A stretch of DNA of 64,000 nt from Vicugna vicugna (GCA_013265495.1 MU057887.1:3383576-3447575); one strand, 5' to 3'. Shown: positions 24,371 through 37,002, counted from the stretch's first letter. Made by a program: numbers and translations. The notes: generated from the letters alone by a model not told the origin.

Positions 24371-24771
24371 CAGTCCAGGACACATCCTGAGCTTACACTT
24401 CAAAGCCCTTCGTGCTCCAGACTCCAGCGTCCTTCTTAACTTGCCCCCTCAAACCTAGAAGGGCGTGTCCACTGTAAGGCAGCTGAAGCCTCCCACCCAC
24501 AGCCCCCCCCCTGCAAGCCCCCACCCCATGGTGCAGGCTGCACCTCCCAGTCCCACACCCCATGGGGCTGCACCTCCCAGTCCCCTTCTCCCTCCCCATC
24601 CCCACAATGACGCCTTCCTGTCCCTTCCACACGCCTCTCTCTCTCTCTCTGCTGGGAACTCTGTCCCAGTCTTCACACGAGTGCGAGCTTCTCACCCACA
24701 CATCTCCTCAGAGGTGCCCTCCTGACTCTTGGCTAAAGGAGCCCCCACCTCACTCACGCTGCTTTATTATG

Positions 24772-25070
24772 GCGTGTGTAGCAGTCAGCTCCCGCTGTGT
24801 AACAAGCCACCTGAGACAGTAGCTGACAGCCACCACTCACAGCCACCCGCTGACAGTTGAGGGGTTCTGTGGGAAGCTCTGCCCCAGGTTGGGGTCCCGC
24901 AGGGACCATGGGGCTGACACAGTTCTGTTCCCGTCCTCCCGCAGGTCATCCCCGAGCACACAGCAGAGAAAGCAGAAGTGAGCTAGGCCTCCGGGCGTGC
25001 GCCACCCTCCCTCCGCACTCTGTCAGCCAAGCAAAGCCGGCCCACACCCCGGCCCTGCGGGGAGGGGACA
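24772..25070 (-). mobile_element. Old MLT1 LTR relic
   Basis: tgtagcagtcagctcccgctgtgtaacaagccacc...ccgcactctgtcagccaagcaaagcc resembles the reverse of MLT1I/J. Confidence 0.5.
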
Positions 25071-25169
25071 GTGGTGGGCTTACCTGGATGCCGACTTCCC
25101 TCCCCACAGCTGCTCCTCTGGCCCCACACGCTCCTGGGGGCAGACGAAGGCAGAGGCCGGGTGACGCTC

Positions 25170-25332
25170 CTACACGCTCAGAAACGGGGTCTCAGGCAGG
25201 TTATCCCTCATGGCCCCCAGAAGGCACTTACCCTGCTGACACCGAGACCTCAGACTATAAGAGCATGAAATTCTCTTGTCCAAGCCGCCCGGTCTGTGGT
25301 GCTTCACTGTGGCCTCCCCAGGAAGCGGACAC
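25170..25332 (+). mobile_element. MLT1A-C LTR 3' half
   Basis: cagaaggcacttaccctgctgacacc...aaattctcttgtccaagccgcccggtctgtggtgcttc...ccccaggaagcggaca. Confidence 0.7.
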
Positions 25333-25839
25333 TGGCACATCACGGCTGTCACGACGGGCACCCAACACTGACCGGGGCCCGGCCCCCTTTGGGTCCCCCA
25401 TGAGCCACGTTACAGCAGAGTCATCGAGCCAGCGTGTCCTTCCACAGAGCGGGCGGCCCTGGCCTGGCTGCGGGTGCAGCACCCCAGACCAGGCAGCTCA
25501 CGGGTACACTGAGCAGGCACCCTCAGGTCACGGCCCGGAGCCCACCAGGGACACGCGCAGTCATTCTGCTGTGCGTCCCTCTCCGCCGACTGTCCAGCCT
25601 GTGAGAAGACTGAGCGCGATCATCTCCCCGGAAAATTGCCAACGACCCCCATCTCCTCCCACCCGGGCTGCGCCCTGCCCCCCACAGCTGTGCCCTGTCC
25701 CCCGCGGCTGCCCGCCTGCCCTCCCTGCCTCCAGCCAATCAGCCGACTTCCCAGCGTTGAAGTCTTTCTTGCCTGTGTGCTGGCTCGAACCTCCAGCGGG
25801 CAAGAAGTGGGAAACGCAGAAATCCTGGCTTTCTCCGCA

Positions 25840-26450
25840 GCCATAGAGGGAACGTGCCCAGGGCTTCACGTTGACGAAGGTGTTGGCTGCAGGCTTCTCA
25901 CAGGCGCCTTTACTGGGTTTAGAAAACGCTGTGCCGTGCCAGCTCTGAGATCTTTTGTCATGAACAGGGGTCGACTGTGTCAAGTCCTTTTTTCTACGTA
26001 TATTGAGGCCGTCACTTTTTTTCGCCTTTATTTTGTTAACGTGCTGCGTGACACTGACCGTGGACGTGAAGCAAGCTCACCTTCCTGAGATAAACACGTG
26101 GCCACAGCGTGAGGCTCCGCGTCTCGCTGGAGGGGGGTCTGAGTGGTCGCTGTTGGTGAAGTGCTTCTGCAAATGCGTGTGTAAGCGATGCTGGCCTCCG
26201 AGTCACCGCCGCTGCTGTGACTGCCTCGTGCCTCCTGCCGGCATTGCCGGCTCACAGAGTGAGCTGACACTCGCTCTCCTTCTCCGTTTTCCGACGTTGT
26301 TTGCTGCTCACATAGTCGACAGAGTTCTCCAGCAAAGCCGTCTGGAGCCTGATTCTTCTCTGTAGGTAGATTTTGGGCTTTTGTTTGGTTTTTACCGGTT
26401 CTGTTTCTATTGCTGACGTGGGGCTACTTAGGTTTTCTACGTCCGTCCTG
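25840..26450 (-). mobile_element. Ancient L1 ORF2 (RT region) relic
   Basis: gtgttggctgcaggcttctcacaggcgcctttactgggtttagaaa...gtcatgaacagggg...tgtcaagtcctttttctacgtatattgag...ttgttaacgtg matches antisense L1 ORF2. Confidence 0.75.
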
Positions 26451-27289
26451 CGAGACGGTCAGCTCCGGGAGAGCAGGGCCGGCCAGAGTGAGGGCAGCGC
26501 CCAGCGACTGGGGCCTCGGAGCCGCGAGGGGCGCAGGGCGGGGCGGTGGGAGCAAGGCCGGTGTCGGGGCGGAAGTGCCTCTCCACGGACTTTGAAATGT
26601 CTTAACTTAGATGACTCCAGATTTGGAGACGAAAAAAATTGCAGTTACTGAAAATACCTCTCTTGCTGTTAGTTCTTCATTTACAGCTTAGACCCAGGGG
26701 CACGCATTGAAAGGCTGCAGTGTTGTTAGCTCCGGGGCTGGCGCCTGATCCAGGATAGTTTAGCCTGGAGCAGAAATTTTATTGCCATGTGATAAAGTCT
26801 TTAAAAATAGCGTTTCTCGTAGACAACTTGACAGGAGCTACAGAATCTGTCCAAGCGTAATTGTGCTCCCCGAGAGGAGGGCGCTTCCAAGTCAGGAAGC
26901 AGCCCTTTCCTGTGTCACCATTTTCTTTTCTCTTTAAATGAAGGTTTCCGTGTCTCGTAAAGCCTGTTCCCACGCACGTGCTCACACTTTCAGCTGCAGA
27001 GGACGGACTGTAGACGTCAGGGCCCAGGCACCGGGGGCCGGTCACCGCTGGGTCCGGGCAAGGTGGTCCTACCCAGCGTCAAGCACTCGCCTGCCGGGGC
27101 GTCCAGTTTGCTGTCACTGCGCTTCGGGCTCAGGAAAGCCGGCAGTCTCGGGGATGGCGTGTCAGGGTGAGGAAGTGAGCTGCTGAGCGGTGTGCCTGGA
27201 CGGAGGCGTCCTCCGTCTGCACCTCAGGCTCATTGTGAAACCCAGAATCAGGGCAGAGACGGCGGCACATCTGATGAGCAGCAAAGGGC

Positions 27290-27309
27290 CACACACACAC
27301 ACACACACA
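27290..27309. repeat. (CA)n microsatellite
   Basis: About 10 CA units directly visible. Confidence 0.9.
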
Positions 27310-27341
27310 TTCTTTACCTGTCATCATAGCCATGGTAACTT

Positions 27342-28865
27342 TTTAAATTTTTATTGAGGTACAGTCAGTTACAATGTGTCAATCTCTAGTGTACAGCATC
27401 ATGTCCCAGTCATGCATATACATACATACATTTCATTTTCATATTCTTTTTTATTAAAGATTATAACAAGATATTGAATATGGTTCCCTGTGCCATTCAG
27501 AAGAAATTTGGTTTTATCTATCTTTATATATAGGGGTTAACATTTACAAATCTCAGACTCCTAAATTTCTCCCTCCCCACCCCATTTCCCCCAGTAACCA
27601 TAAGATTGTTTACTATGTCTGCAAGTCTTTTCCTGTTTTTTAGATGAGTTCATTACTGTCCTCTTTTCTTTTCTTCTTTTCTTTTTTTAGATTCCACATA
27701 TGAGTGATATTATGTATCTTTCTTTCTCTTTCTGGCTTACTTCACTTAGTATGACAAATGGCATGATTTTATTCTTTTTTATGGGTGAGTAGTATTCCAT
27801 TGTTTAAATATACCACAGTGTCTTCATTCACTCATCTGTCGATGGACATTTAGTTTCCTTCCATGTCTTGGCTACTGTAAATAGTGCTGCTATAAATATT
27901 GGGGTGCATGTGTCTTTTGAATTAGGGTTCCTTCTGGATATATGCCCAGCAGTGGGATTGCTGGATCATAGGATAAGTCTATTTTTAGTTTTTTGAGGAA
28001 TCCCCATACTGTTTTCCAAAACATCTGCACCAACCTGCATTTCCACCAGCAGTGTAGGAGGGTTCCCTTTTCACCACAGCCTCTCCAGCATTTATCATTC
28101 ATGGACTTTTGAATGATGGCCATTCTGACTAGTGGGAGGTGATACCTCATTGTAGTTTTGCATTTCTCTGATAATTTGTGATATTGAGCATTTTTTCAAA
28201 TGCCTTTTGGCCATCCGTATGTCTTCACTGAAGAATTGCTTGTTTAGGTCTTCTGCCCATTTTTGGATTGGGTTGGTTTTGGTTTTTAAGTTGTATGAGC
28301 TGCTTATATATTCTGGAGACTAAGCCCTTGTCAGTCTCATCTTTGCAAATATTCTCTCCTATTCCATAGGTTGTCTTTTTGTTTTGCTTATGGCTTCCTT
28401 TGCTGCACAGAAGCTCTTAAGTTTAATTAGGTCCCATTTACTTATTTTTGCTTTTATTTCTGTGGCCTGGGTAGAGTTCCCTAGGAAAGCATTGCTAAGA
28501 TTTATGTCAGAGAATTTTTTGCTTATGTTTTCATCTAGGAGGTTTACAGTGTCTTGTCTTGTGTATAAGTCTTTAAGCCATTTTGAGTTTACTTTTGTAT
28601 AGGGTGTGAGGGAGTGTTCTAACGTCTTTGATTTACATGCTTCTGTCTAGTTTTTCCAACACCACCTGCTGAAGACGCTGTCTTTACTCCATTGTATGTT
28701 CTTGCCTCCTCTGTCAAAGATTAATTGATCGTAGGCCTGTGGGCTCATTTCTGGGCTCTCTGTCCTGTTCCATGAGCCATGTGTCTGCTTCTGTGCCAGC
28801 GCCATGCTGTCTTGTTACTGTAGCTCTGTAGTGTTGTCTGAAGTCTGGGAGGGTCATTCCTCCTT
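27342..28865 (-). mobile_element. Younger lineage L1 (camelid/artiodactyl-type), 5'-truncated, ~1.5 kb
   Basis: ORF 27890-28150 encodes the ORF2 C-terminal cysteine-rich motif ([19 protein letters not shown]...YDPAIPLLGIYP); AT-rich 3'UTR; diverged TSD candidate gccatggtaactt (27329-27341) / gtcatgatgactt (28866-28878). Confidence 0.97.
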
Positions 28866-29029
28866 GTCATGATGACTTGAACAACTGTAAGTCCAGGGTA
28901 TTTGGTCCTTTAGGGATTCTGAATGTGCCAGAAACATACTGGAACCCAGAACCCTGTTTCCTCCTGAAGAGATGGTGGTTTGCTCTGTGTGGTTGAGACC
29001 CCACAGCTGGAGGTTAATAGTGAGCGCCT

Positions 29030-29312
29030 GGAGCAGATGGAACACCAGCCCCCCTACAGCATCCTCTCCTGAGCCCAGATGGACAGGTGTGTCCCCTGAC
29101 ACAGCAAGGGGGGCTTTGCAGCAGGGATTAGGGCAACGATATGGGATGGAAGCCCACCCTGGGTTACCAGGGGGCCCAGTGTCATCCCAGGAGGTCTCTG
29201 TATAGGGGCAGGGGGTCAGCATCAGATAACACATGACGAGGGAGCAGAGGATGGAGTGACAGCTTCGAGGAGCCCCTGACCAAGGCACAGGGCGGCCCTG
29301 GGAGCTGGGAGG
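29030..29312 (+). mobile_element. MLT1D-like LTR fragment
   Basis: gcaaggggggctttgcagcagggattag...ccctgggttaccagggggcccagtgtcatc...gacgagggagcagaggatggagtga. Confidence 0.7.
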
Positions 29313-31584
29313 CTGAGAAGCCGGTATACGCATAGCCCCTCCCACCAGCCCCAGCGCTCCTCTCCCTGCACGGGTCATCCTCTGGACATCCAGCGACACA
29401 GCACCCTGTCCTGGGGGCAGGACAGAGTGACCCTCCCCTGTGGAAGTAACAAGAAGAGCTATGTCCTTGCAGGAGCTTTGGTAGGGCTGAGCAGAGCAGA
29501 GGAGGGTCCAGGGGGCTTCAGAGGGAAAAGCCGCAGCCGAGCTGGTCTGGCCGCTGTGACCTCCGCAGGGAGTGGGCTGGGGGGCCAACCCACCGGCCTC
29601 GGAAACCCCAGTAAGGAGGAGTCACGGCATCACAACCACATCTTCAAAAATAAGGGGCCAAGGGCATTAAATCCTGGAGGACGGCCGGCACTCTGCTGGG
29701 TCCAGCCCACCCCCCGCGGCGGCAGCTTCCAGGTGATGAGCTGGTGGCCAGGTAGGGTTTCCCAGGGGGAGGGGCCCCTCTTCCCCTCTCCACACTGTCC
29801 TCCTCTGCCCAGCCTGCTGCCCTCCCCTCCCCCTGAACCCGCCCACCTCCCCAGAAGTGCCCCATCTGAGCTGAAGTGAGTCCTGAGGGACTGACTGAGT
29901 ATTTCGCAAGCAACCCTGCCCCTCCCCTCAGGCTGGCTGGGACGCTGGCTCCCACCAAGTGCATAATTAGCCACAACATCTTTGCAGTTCATCTCGTAAT
30001 TACAAAGATAATGACAGTTTAAAACACATTATTTGAAGTTGTTAACCCTTTCCAACAGACAGCTGAGCGGCTGAGTGCATCATCCTCACAGGTCTGAAGG
30101 GCTTTGTTCCAGCCGCTGTCACAAAGGGAGGGGCTCCCACGAAAGGGACTTCGGAGCAGCCTGAGGGCCAGCACGACTCCCTGAGCCCCTCCCCTGCTCA
30201 ACCTCCTCTCCTCTAGGAGGTGGGGACTCCAGCAAGAGAGCGGGGCTGTGGCAGAAACAGGAAAGAACTTCGAAAGGCAGACTGCGTTACCATGGAGGGG
30301 CCCTGCGTCACGGGCAGGTGGCCCTGCGGTTGTCTGTGCTGGTGCACAAGTTCAACCCGGGTTCCCGCAAGCGCAGCCTGGACAGAGCACGGGGCAGAGG
30401 CTGAGCAGGGAGTGAAATGAAATGCATTCTATTTTTCTGTTAAAATGAATGAAAATCTGTCTCTTTTTATTTCACAGTTTTTAATTAGTAGTAATTTCAA
30501 GGATGAATTAATAGTGGATAAAGGTGCAAACAGTTGCTCACAACCGGACACGCCTGCCTGAGTTTACCCGGGATCGCGTTTACCCAGGGGTCGTGCTCCG
30601 GGAGGCCGGCGCCAGGACGGTGTCGCCGAGGGGAGCCACTAGCCTGGGTCTGGAGGACTGTGACTCCAGAGCGGAGGAGGGAGGTCCACAGCCCCCAGGG
30701 ACCTGGCTTCCACCCTGACCCACGGCTCTCACGAGTGCACTCAGACTGTCCACCCAGGAAGCCCGGCCTGGAGACGACTGCCTTGGCTCACCCAGTCCTC
30801 CCAGGGCCTGTCCATCTGCTGTGCAGCCCAGCCTCAGAGGAGGGGCTTTGGGAGTCTGAGCACCCACGAAGAGCATGCAGATCCCTGGGGGGCACCCCTC
30901 TCCCCCAGGACACCCCATCTATCCTGGGACACCCCATCTCCCCTGCATGGGTTGAGGCAGAAGGAAGAGGGACGTGGGCCGACTGCTGGGAATCTGCCAG
31001 CAAGCAGTTGTGAGACCAGAGGGAGAAACGGGGCTGCATGAGTGAGCAGGAGAAAGTCTTCGACTCACGGAAGCCAAGCGGAGCAGGAAGGCGGCTGGCT
31101 GCCAGGTGGGAAGGTTCCAAGAGGTGGGAGGCAGTGCCCAGATGGGGCTGTCGCAGCAGCCGGGAGGGGACTCCAGGGCCTAATGGGGCAATCGTGTCAA
31201 AAAGGTGACTTTAAGAAATTTGCTCTTGGTTTCAGAACACGAGGAAAGCCAGCAGATTGTTCTGACCTCCTGCCTTTTTCAGACATGAGGGGACACACAA
31301 AATGTGAAAAATATTTTGTGAAATAACAACTGTACAGACGGACCCCTGCGTGGCCCATACGCCCAGGAGAGCCTGCAGGATGGAGCTTCCGGCCGAGAAC
31401 TCCAGGACCGCGGACAGCTCCCCCTCCGCACTCTAGCCTGGACGGGGTGCGGGGGGGGGGGTGGCAGCAGATCCGGACGTGGCCCCGGAAACACACCCTG
31501 CGGCCCCAGGGAAGCTGCCGTGCCCGGCGAGTCCCGGGCATGCTGACCACCAGTTCTAGGATGCACACGCATCCAAAGGCGCCC

Positions 31585-31845
31585 ACAGCCCGGGATTGAC
31601 AGGGAGCCACCAGCCTGGGAGATTTATTAAACATCCGAACGTAATTTTCCATTAACATTTCCTATTTTGGCATCTTAAAGAGAGTGGAAGTTGATTTTGG
31701 TTCAACATCCTGTGGGGAAATTAGTCCATTTTGCTAAAGTATCTTAATAATTACAGTGACATCAAGGTTAATTGCTTAATCTGGATTGCCACCGTGCAGG
31801 CCGCCAAATCCCCGTGCAATCTGTGCTATAATTAGTGCCAGGGCG
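31585..31845. promoter_or_regulatory. AT-rich non-repeat island, candidate enhancer
   Basis: GATTGACAG (PBX-MEIS/PKNOX-like) at 31594-31602; TAATTA, TTAATTG and TAATCT cores. Confidence 0.4.
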
Positions 31846-32659
31846 TCCGTGTGTAGAAACTGCTCTCACCGCCACAGCAGAACCGGCAGAGTGATCGCTG
31901 AGTGTGACACAGAGGACACTGGGCGGGTGTCCGGGTAGGGACCGTGAGGCTGTGCGGCCTGGCGCTTCGGGGACGGACCGGGCTCTCCAGGCCATGAACG
32001 GGGTCCGGGCTGCACTCCTACCCCCGCCCACTGCCTGGGCGTCCCCCACACTCCCCTGAAGGCCCCAGGTGGTCACTACCTGGGCAAAGAGCCTGAGGAC
32101 ACCTGCTGACCGCGACCACAGACAGGGCCATGAGGACAAAGAGGCCATTTGTGGAAAAGAAGCCTCAGGCAGAGTCTCAGTAGGGCCCCTCAGATCACCC
32201 CAGAACCGTAGCAGGAAAAATTGCGCCAGGACTCGCCAGCACCGGGACAAAGGGGGGCCGAGCCCCTCACCCCTGGGCGCAGGCACCCCGGGGCTTCAGC
32301 GTGCACGCGGCAGATGCTGGGAGTGTGTCCTCCGGTGATGCCCCAGGACACCGGCCGACCCGGGAAGGCCTGCTGTCTGCTTCCCGGGGCCCAGGCCTGC
32401 GATTCCTCTGCTGTCAGCAGCTGGACTCAGCTTGCTCGAGGCCCCAGGCCACACGGTAGGAGGAGAAGAGACGGGAACTTCCCTGGGCTTTAACTGGTCA
32501 CCTTCTAGTTAAAACCATCTACGTGAGGGCTGCCCTGTGGGGCACGGCAGCATGGCTGTGACCCCGCGCTGAGGAGGACGCTGCCCCAGTCCCACGGGCA
32601 GGCACCCCAGGGGCTGCCCCATGGTCTCTGGGCGCCTCCCTCCCCTGCCGTGCCCACTC

Positions 32660-32865
32660 CCTCCTGCATTGTGTCCTTGAAAGTTGCTAAGAGTGTCTCT
32701 TGAATGTCCTCACCACACACACAAAAATCGCAATTCCGTGGGATGACGGAGGTGCTAACTCGCCCGTCGTGGTGGCCGTTCCCACCACGAGCGTGAGTCA
32801 GGTCTCCAGGTTGTGCACCTGACGCTGGCACATGTCACCCGTCGGCTCTGGCTCAGCGAAGGTGG
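32660..32865 (+). mobile_element. L1MA/MB 3'UTR terminus, strongly GC-shifted
   Basis: cattgtgtccttgaaagttgctaagagtgtctcttgaatgtcctcaccacacac...ggatgacggaggtgctaact...gttgtgcacct. Confidence 0.8.
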
Positions 32866-35744
32866 CGAGCGGGGAACACGACCCTCCTCACCCCACCCCG
32901 TGGAGACCAGAACGCCTGGCTGCCCAGCAGACAGAGCGCCCGTCTCCAAGCACGGCTTCCACAGCCCGTCACCCGACTCCTGAGCTGTGGTCCCCAGCTT
33001 CGCCCCTCCCTCGCCACCCGACCGTCACGCCAGCCATCACAGGCTGTGCTGAGTCCCCGGAGCGGACGACGTGGCCCCGCAACCAGGTCGCCGTCCAGGG
33101 GCAGCTCATCAGCTGGATTTCTTATTTCGAGGACGGCGGGTTTACTTTCAGGATGCCTAACCGGTTCCTGCTCGTTTCTACCAAGGACAGAAGACAGTTA
33201 TTTTAAACTCCCCTCCCGGCAGCTCTACCACGGCTGGGTTTGGGGAGTGGATTCGCCCCTGGCCTCTGGCATCCCGGCCTCTCTCTAAGCACCCTTCTCC
33301 CTGGTGCAAGCTGGAGTGTGCCTGCAGCATCGCCCTGTGTGGCTGGGGAGTGCCTTCCTCCTCACGGCCCTGCTCTCCCCCCGGCCGGGGTTCTGCGGTG
33401 TCTGGGTCGCTCGAGGTCTGGGGCCCCCGACACCGCAGATGCTCACGGCCCAGGTGACAGAACCCACAGGCGTCTGCCCGGCCCCCTGCCTCCGCTGCCC
33501 CAGGGGTGCAGACTCATAGAAGCAGGTGCCCCAGGCAAGGGGCCGTCGCCCACAGCGCAGGCTCCCGGGACCTGGAGGTGCTCCAGCCGGTCTCTGGTTT
33601 TAGGCAGTGGGGGCTCTGCCCCTCGTCCCCTTCAGGGCGCCCATTCAGCGGCCCCCAGAAACACGTGTCTGCCTCGGTCTAGGGCTCGCCGTGGACGCTC
33701 GGAGGCGCGCCTCTACACCGCGTGCTGTCCAGCTCTGCGGACTGCCTGCGGCCGGGGAGTCTCTCAAAGCGCGGCTCGTGGTGCTGTCTTGAACACAAGC
33801 AGGGTTCAGTTGACTAGAACAAATAGGAAGGTGTCAGAACTGTCTGAGAGTTACAGACAACACAGGAAGCAGGTAGCTGCAGCGGACAGGAAGACTGAGG
33901 GAGAAGGGCGTGTACGGAAGCGAAGAAGCCAGCGATCAGCCCAACACCGCGCACGTGTCGCCGCAATGACCCTAAGAGCTGCGAGCCCTCCACGAGCACC
34001 GAGCAGCAGCAGAAAGCCCCCGCCCGGCGCCCCGGCCCGGCGCCCCCACTGGGCCCGGCCCCAGAGCTGCTGCTCGGACGACCTGCAGGGAACGCAAGCG
34101 GCCGAGGCCCTGCTGGCCACGGGCCACGCGTCTTTCAGAGGGAGGTTTCCCGTCTCAGCCCTGATGGACTCAGCACAGCCAAGGAAGGGGACCCCGAGCC
34201 AGGGGCCATTGGAGCAGGGGAGTGAGGGCATCCGGCCCGGCGCCCGGGGCCCCTCTGCGCGAGGCAGGGCGCGGGCTGCCCAGACCCCGAGGTGCCGGGC
34301 TTCCATTACCGAGCGCACGGCGAACCGAGTTATCACACCACGCTCACTCAGTGATGAGCATGTAATCATCCGGAAACATCACAGTCACGCCCGCACGTCC
34401 ACGCCGGCGGGAGGCGCCGTGCTCCAGGCCGGGCTGCGGTGTGGGTTTGCACCCCGGCTGATGAGCAGCACGACCTCAGAGCAGGAGAATCTGGGTGTCC
34501 GCTCTGCAGGGGGCCAGGGCCGGTGGGGACCTCGTCCACCCCCTGCTTCACCCCCAGTTTGGAACAACCCAGCGGGAACGTGGCAGCGTGGGGGGCGGCA
34601 GCCAGCCCTCAGGTGGGCAGCCCAGGCGACACCAGGTGGGGGCAGGGCTTCGGCAGGTGGGCCCAGGTGACGATGCCGGTGACCCGCCCTCGGCCGGCAG
34701 AGCAGGGCAGGGAGCAGCCAGAGTGCCCGGGGAGGGGCCCGCACGCCCCAGGGGGACAGATGAGCAGAATCAATGGTATCTGGGCCAGGACCCCGGGGGC
34801 CGGGCCGAGCTGCTGCCCACACGCCCGCCGCCCCAGCCTCGCCGCCCTGCCTGCCCCTCCCGGCCCCTGCGGAGTGCGGTCCCAGCCCTGTTACCAGCTC
34901 TCCCCACACTGCGCGCTGAGGCGGGGCGGCTCGGGGATGCCATTCTCCATCTACAACCTGGGAGCCTCCGTTTGCTCTGACGTGAGCGGAGCTGTCTGGC
35001 GTCGCCGGAGGTGGGTTTAGGGAAGAATTTCCCAGGCTGGCTACTCGCGGGGCTGCCACTCAGTCTGTGAGCTCCAGGCTGTGCAGGGAGGGGTCCACGG
35101 GGAGAAAGGGCCAGGCAGGGGTCCCCAGCACACACCCGTGTCCCATCGGGTGAGCAGAGCACAGCTCCGCCTGCGTGCTGAGCGGAGGAGGACGGTCAGC
35201 GAGCTCCACGCGTGATGGGGGGTTGCCCTGAGTGAGACGTGCTTGCCTGGCGGGGGTCCGGGGGAGCCCACGTCCCCACCGAGACCGAGGGTGACGGGCA
35301 GGTGGGCAAGGGGTCCCGGCAGGGAGGGGGCTGCTGGCCAGTGGGAGCAGCACGGGTGCCCAGGACCGGGGTGCGGATGGGGCGCACAGGGCCCGTCAGG
35401 ACGGTGGGAAGCTCCCAACAAGCCTGGAAACAGGTCGCTGCCCCCCAGACAGGCGGGAGGGACGCCCAAGACCCCAAGTTCTCCTGCGGCTGCCGGACCA
35501 CAGGCCCGTCCTTCCCACCGAAGCCCACGCCGCCCGCCCCGGGCCCTTGCTGAGACCGCCACCTGGGCTTCGTCCCGACCGCGAGGCGACACGGGTGTCA
35601 GCGGCCCTCCTGGCGGCCCGCCCTCAGCTTCCTGGCCTTGAAAGCAGCGAAGCCGTTCAGCAGAAAGGAGAGCAACCGGTCGGTCCAGGAAGACTGACGA
35701 CTGGACACCAAATGGGAGGCACTGAGACTCTTCAGCAAGCGTAG

Positions 35745-36030
35745 GGACAGTTATAAGAGCAAAATATTATCATTTGTCTAACATAACTATTTTCTTGGAA
35801 ACAGCCAATGATTAATAAGGCACATTATGAATACTCCTTGTGCCTCAGATTTCCTCTCTCCAGTCTAATTAACATGCTAGGGAATTGACTTTCTGGTGGG
35901 TAAAGACATTTAAAATATATATTTCATGAAATCCGAGTTATTTATCATAACCTCCAAGGGGAAAACATAAAATGTGAAGAACGCTGCACCATTTAAATAC
36001 TGTATCACACGGCTGCGTTCAAATAAATGA
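35745..36030. promoter_or_regulatory. AT-rich non-repeat island, candidate enhancer
   Basis: Sharp AT-rich island in GC-rich DNA; agccaatgattaat, ctaattaac, ttatttatcat. Confidence 0.4.
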
Positions 36031-36195
36031 GTTCCTCGGGGGCTGCAGGAGGAGGACCCCCGGCGCCCGGCGTCCGCTCCTCACTCACCTCTCAGGGTCC
36101 ATGAAGCCGACCAGCCGGGAGGTGCCAAGATCCACTTCCACCCGGCGGACCGGAACCACGTGCCGACCGCCAGGGCCCAGCCCATTCATCTCATC

Positions 36196-36235
36196 CGGTA
36201 ACACGCGGTAACACGCGGCAACACGCGGCAACGCG
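36196..36235. repeat. 10-bp tandem repeat x4 (CGGYAACRCG)
   Basis: cggtaacacg cggtaacacg cggcaacacg cggcaacgcg. Confidence 0.9.
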
Positions 36236-36599
36236 CACACGGACGGCCCAGAGGTGCAGGCGACCGTCGACACCCCTCATGGGTGAGACGCTGAGTCCCC
36301 TGCGCGTGCGGCTTCCGCACGGAGGAGCCAGGGGTCGCAACTGTCCCAGTGACGGGCTCGACGTGCAGGAAACACAGGACGGAAAGAGGATGGAGCTGGG
36401 TGTTGTAAGAAGACGAGGGCTGGGGCCCACACCCCAGGTCTGCCTGTCAGGGACTGTTGTCTGCTCATTGGGAGGCGGGGGTGGGGTACCTCCTGAGTGA
36501 AGGGCGGAGGGAACCCCCGTGAGGGGACATGGGGCTCCGTGGAGGCCCCGCCCCGCTCTGAGCCCCTGGTGCTGATCTCAGGGGGCCCCAGGAGGACCG

Positions 36600-37002
36600 A
36601 GACCTGCTGGGGCCTCTGGGCTGGGGTGTCCGTCAGGATACGAATCCTGGAGACTCATTCCCCCCCGTCTTGGGGGCTGGACGTCCGAGGTCACAGCGTC
36701 GGCTAGTTCTTCCTGAGGCCTCTGTCCAGATCCCAGGCTGGCTGCCGCCTCTGGTGTCCCTGCCTGCAGAAGCATCGCCCGCCCCGCCTCACCGCCCCGC
36801 GGCATCTCCCCGCACGTCTGGGCCCGGCTCCCCTGTTGATAAGGACGCTGGTCGTATTGAGTTGGGTCCCACCCTATTTCAGTACCACCTCATCTTAACT
36901 CATTACCTCAGCAGTGACCTTATTTACGCTCAGGGCCACATTCGCGTCCTAGGGTTTGGACCTCGCTGGATGAATTTAGGGGACGTGGTTCGGCCGCGAC
37001 CC
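36600..37002 (-). mobile_element. MLT1C-like LTR
   Basis: gggggctggacgtccgaggtc...ataaggacgctggtcgtattgagttgggtcccacccta...cctcatcttaactcattacctc...gaatttaggggac. Confidence 0.85.

Noticed and set aside
27890..28150. 86-aa ORF with a Cys/His motif as a host gene
   Set aside because: It is the ORF2 C-terminus of a 5'-truncated, frameshifted L1 with no promoter or RT domain.
33780..34060. Possible GC-shifted L1 spacer/ORF2-start relic
   Set aside because: There is an A-rich plus-strand patch with faint resemblance only; too diverged to call by eye.
33240..34670. Longest ORF (476 aa) and the many other 100-380 aa Pro/Gly/Arg/Ala-rich ORFs
   Set aside because: No recognisable domain; composition follows GC-rich codons; ORFs overlap in all six frames and run through transposon relics, as expected when stop codons are scarce.
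36084..36273. Possible minus-strand exon ending at a consensus donor (AG|GTGAGT at ~36084-36091)
   Set aside because: The peptide is unrecognisable, includes the 10-bp tandem repeat, and no convincing acceptor or partner exons were found.
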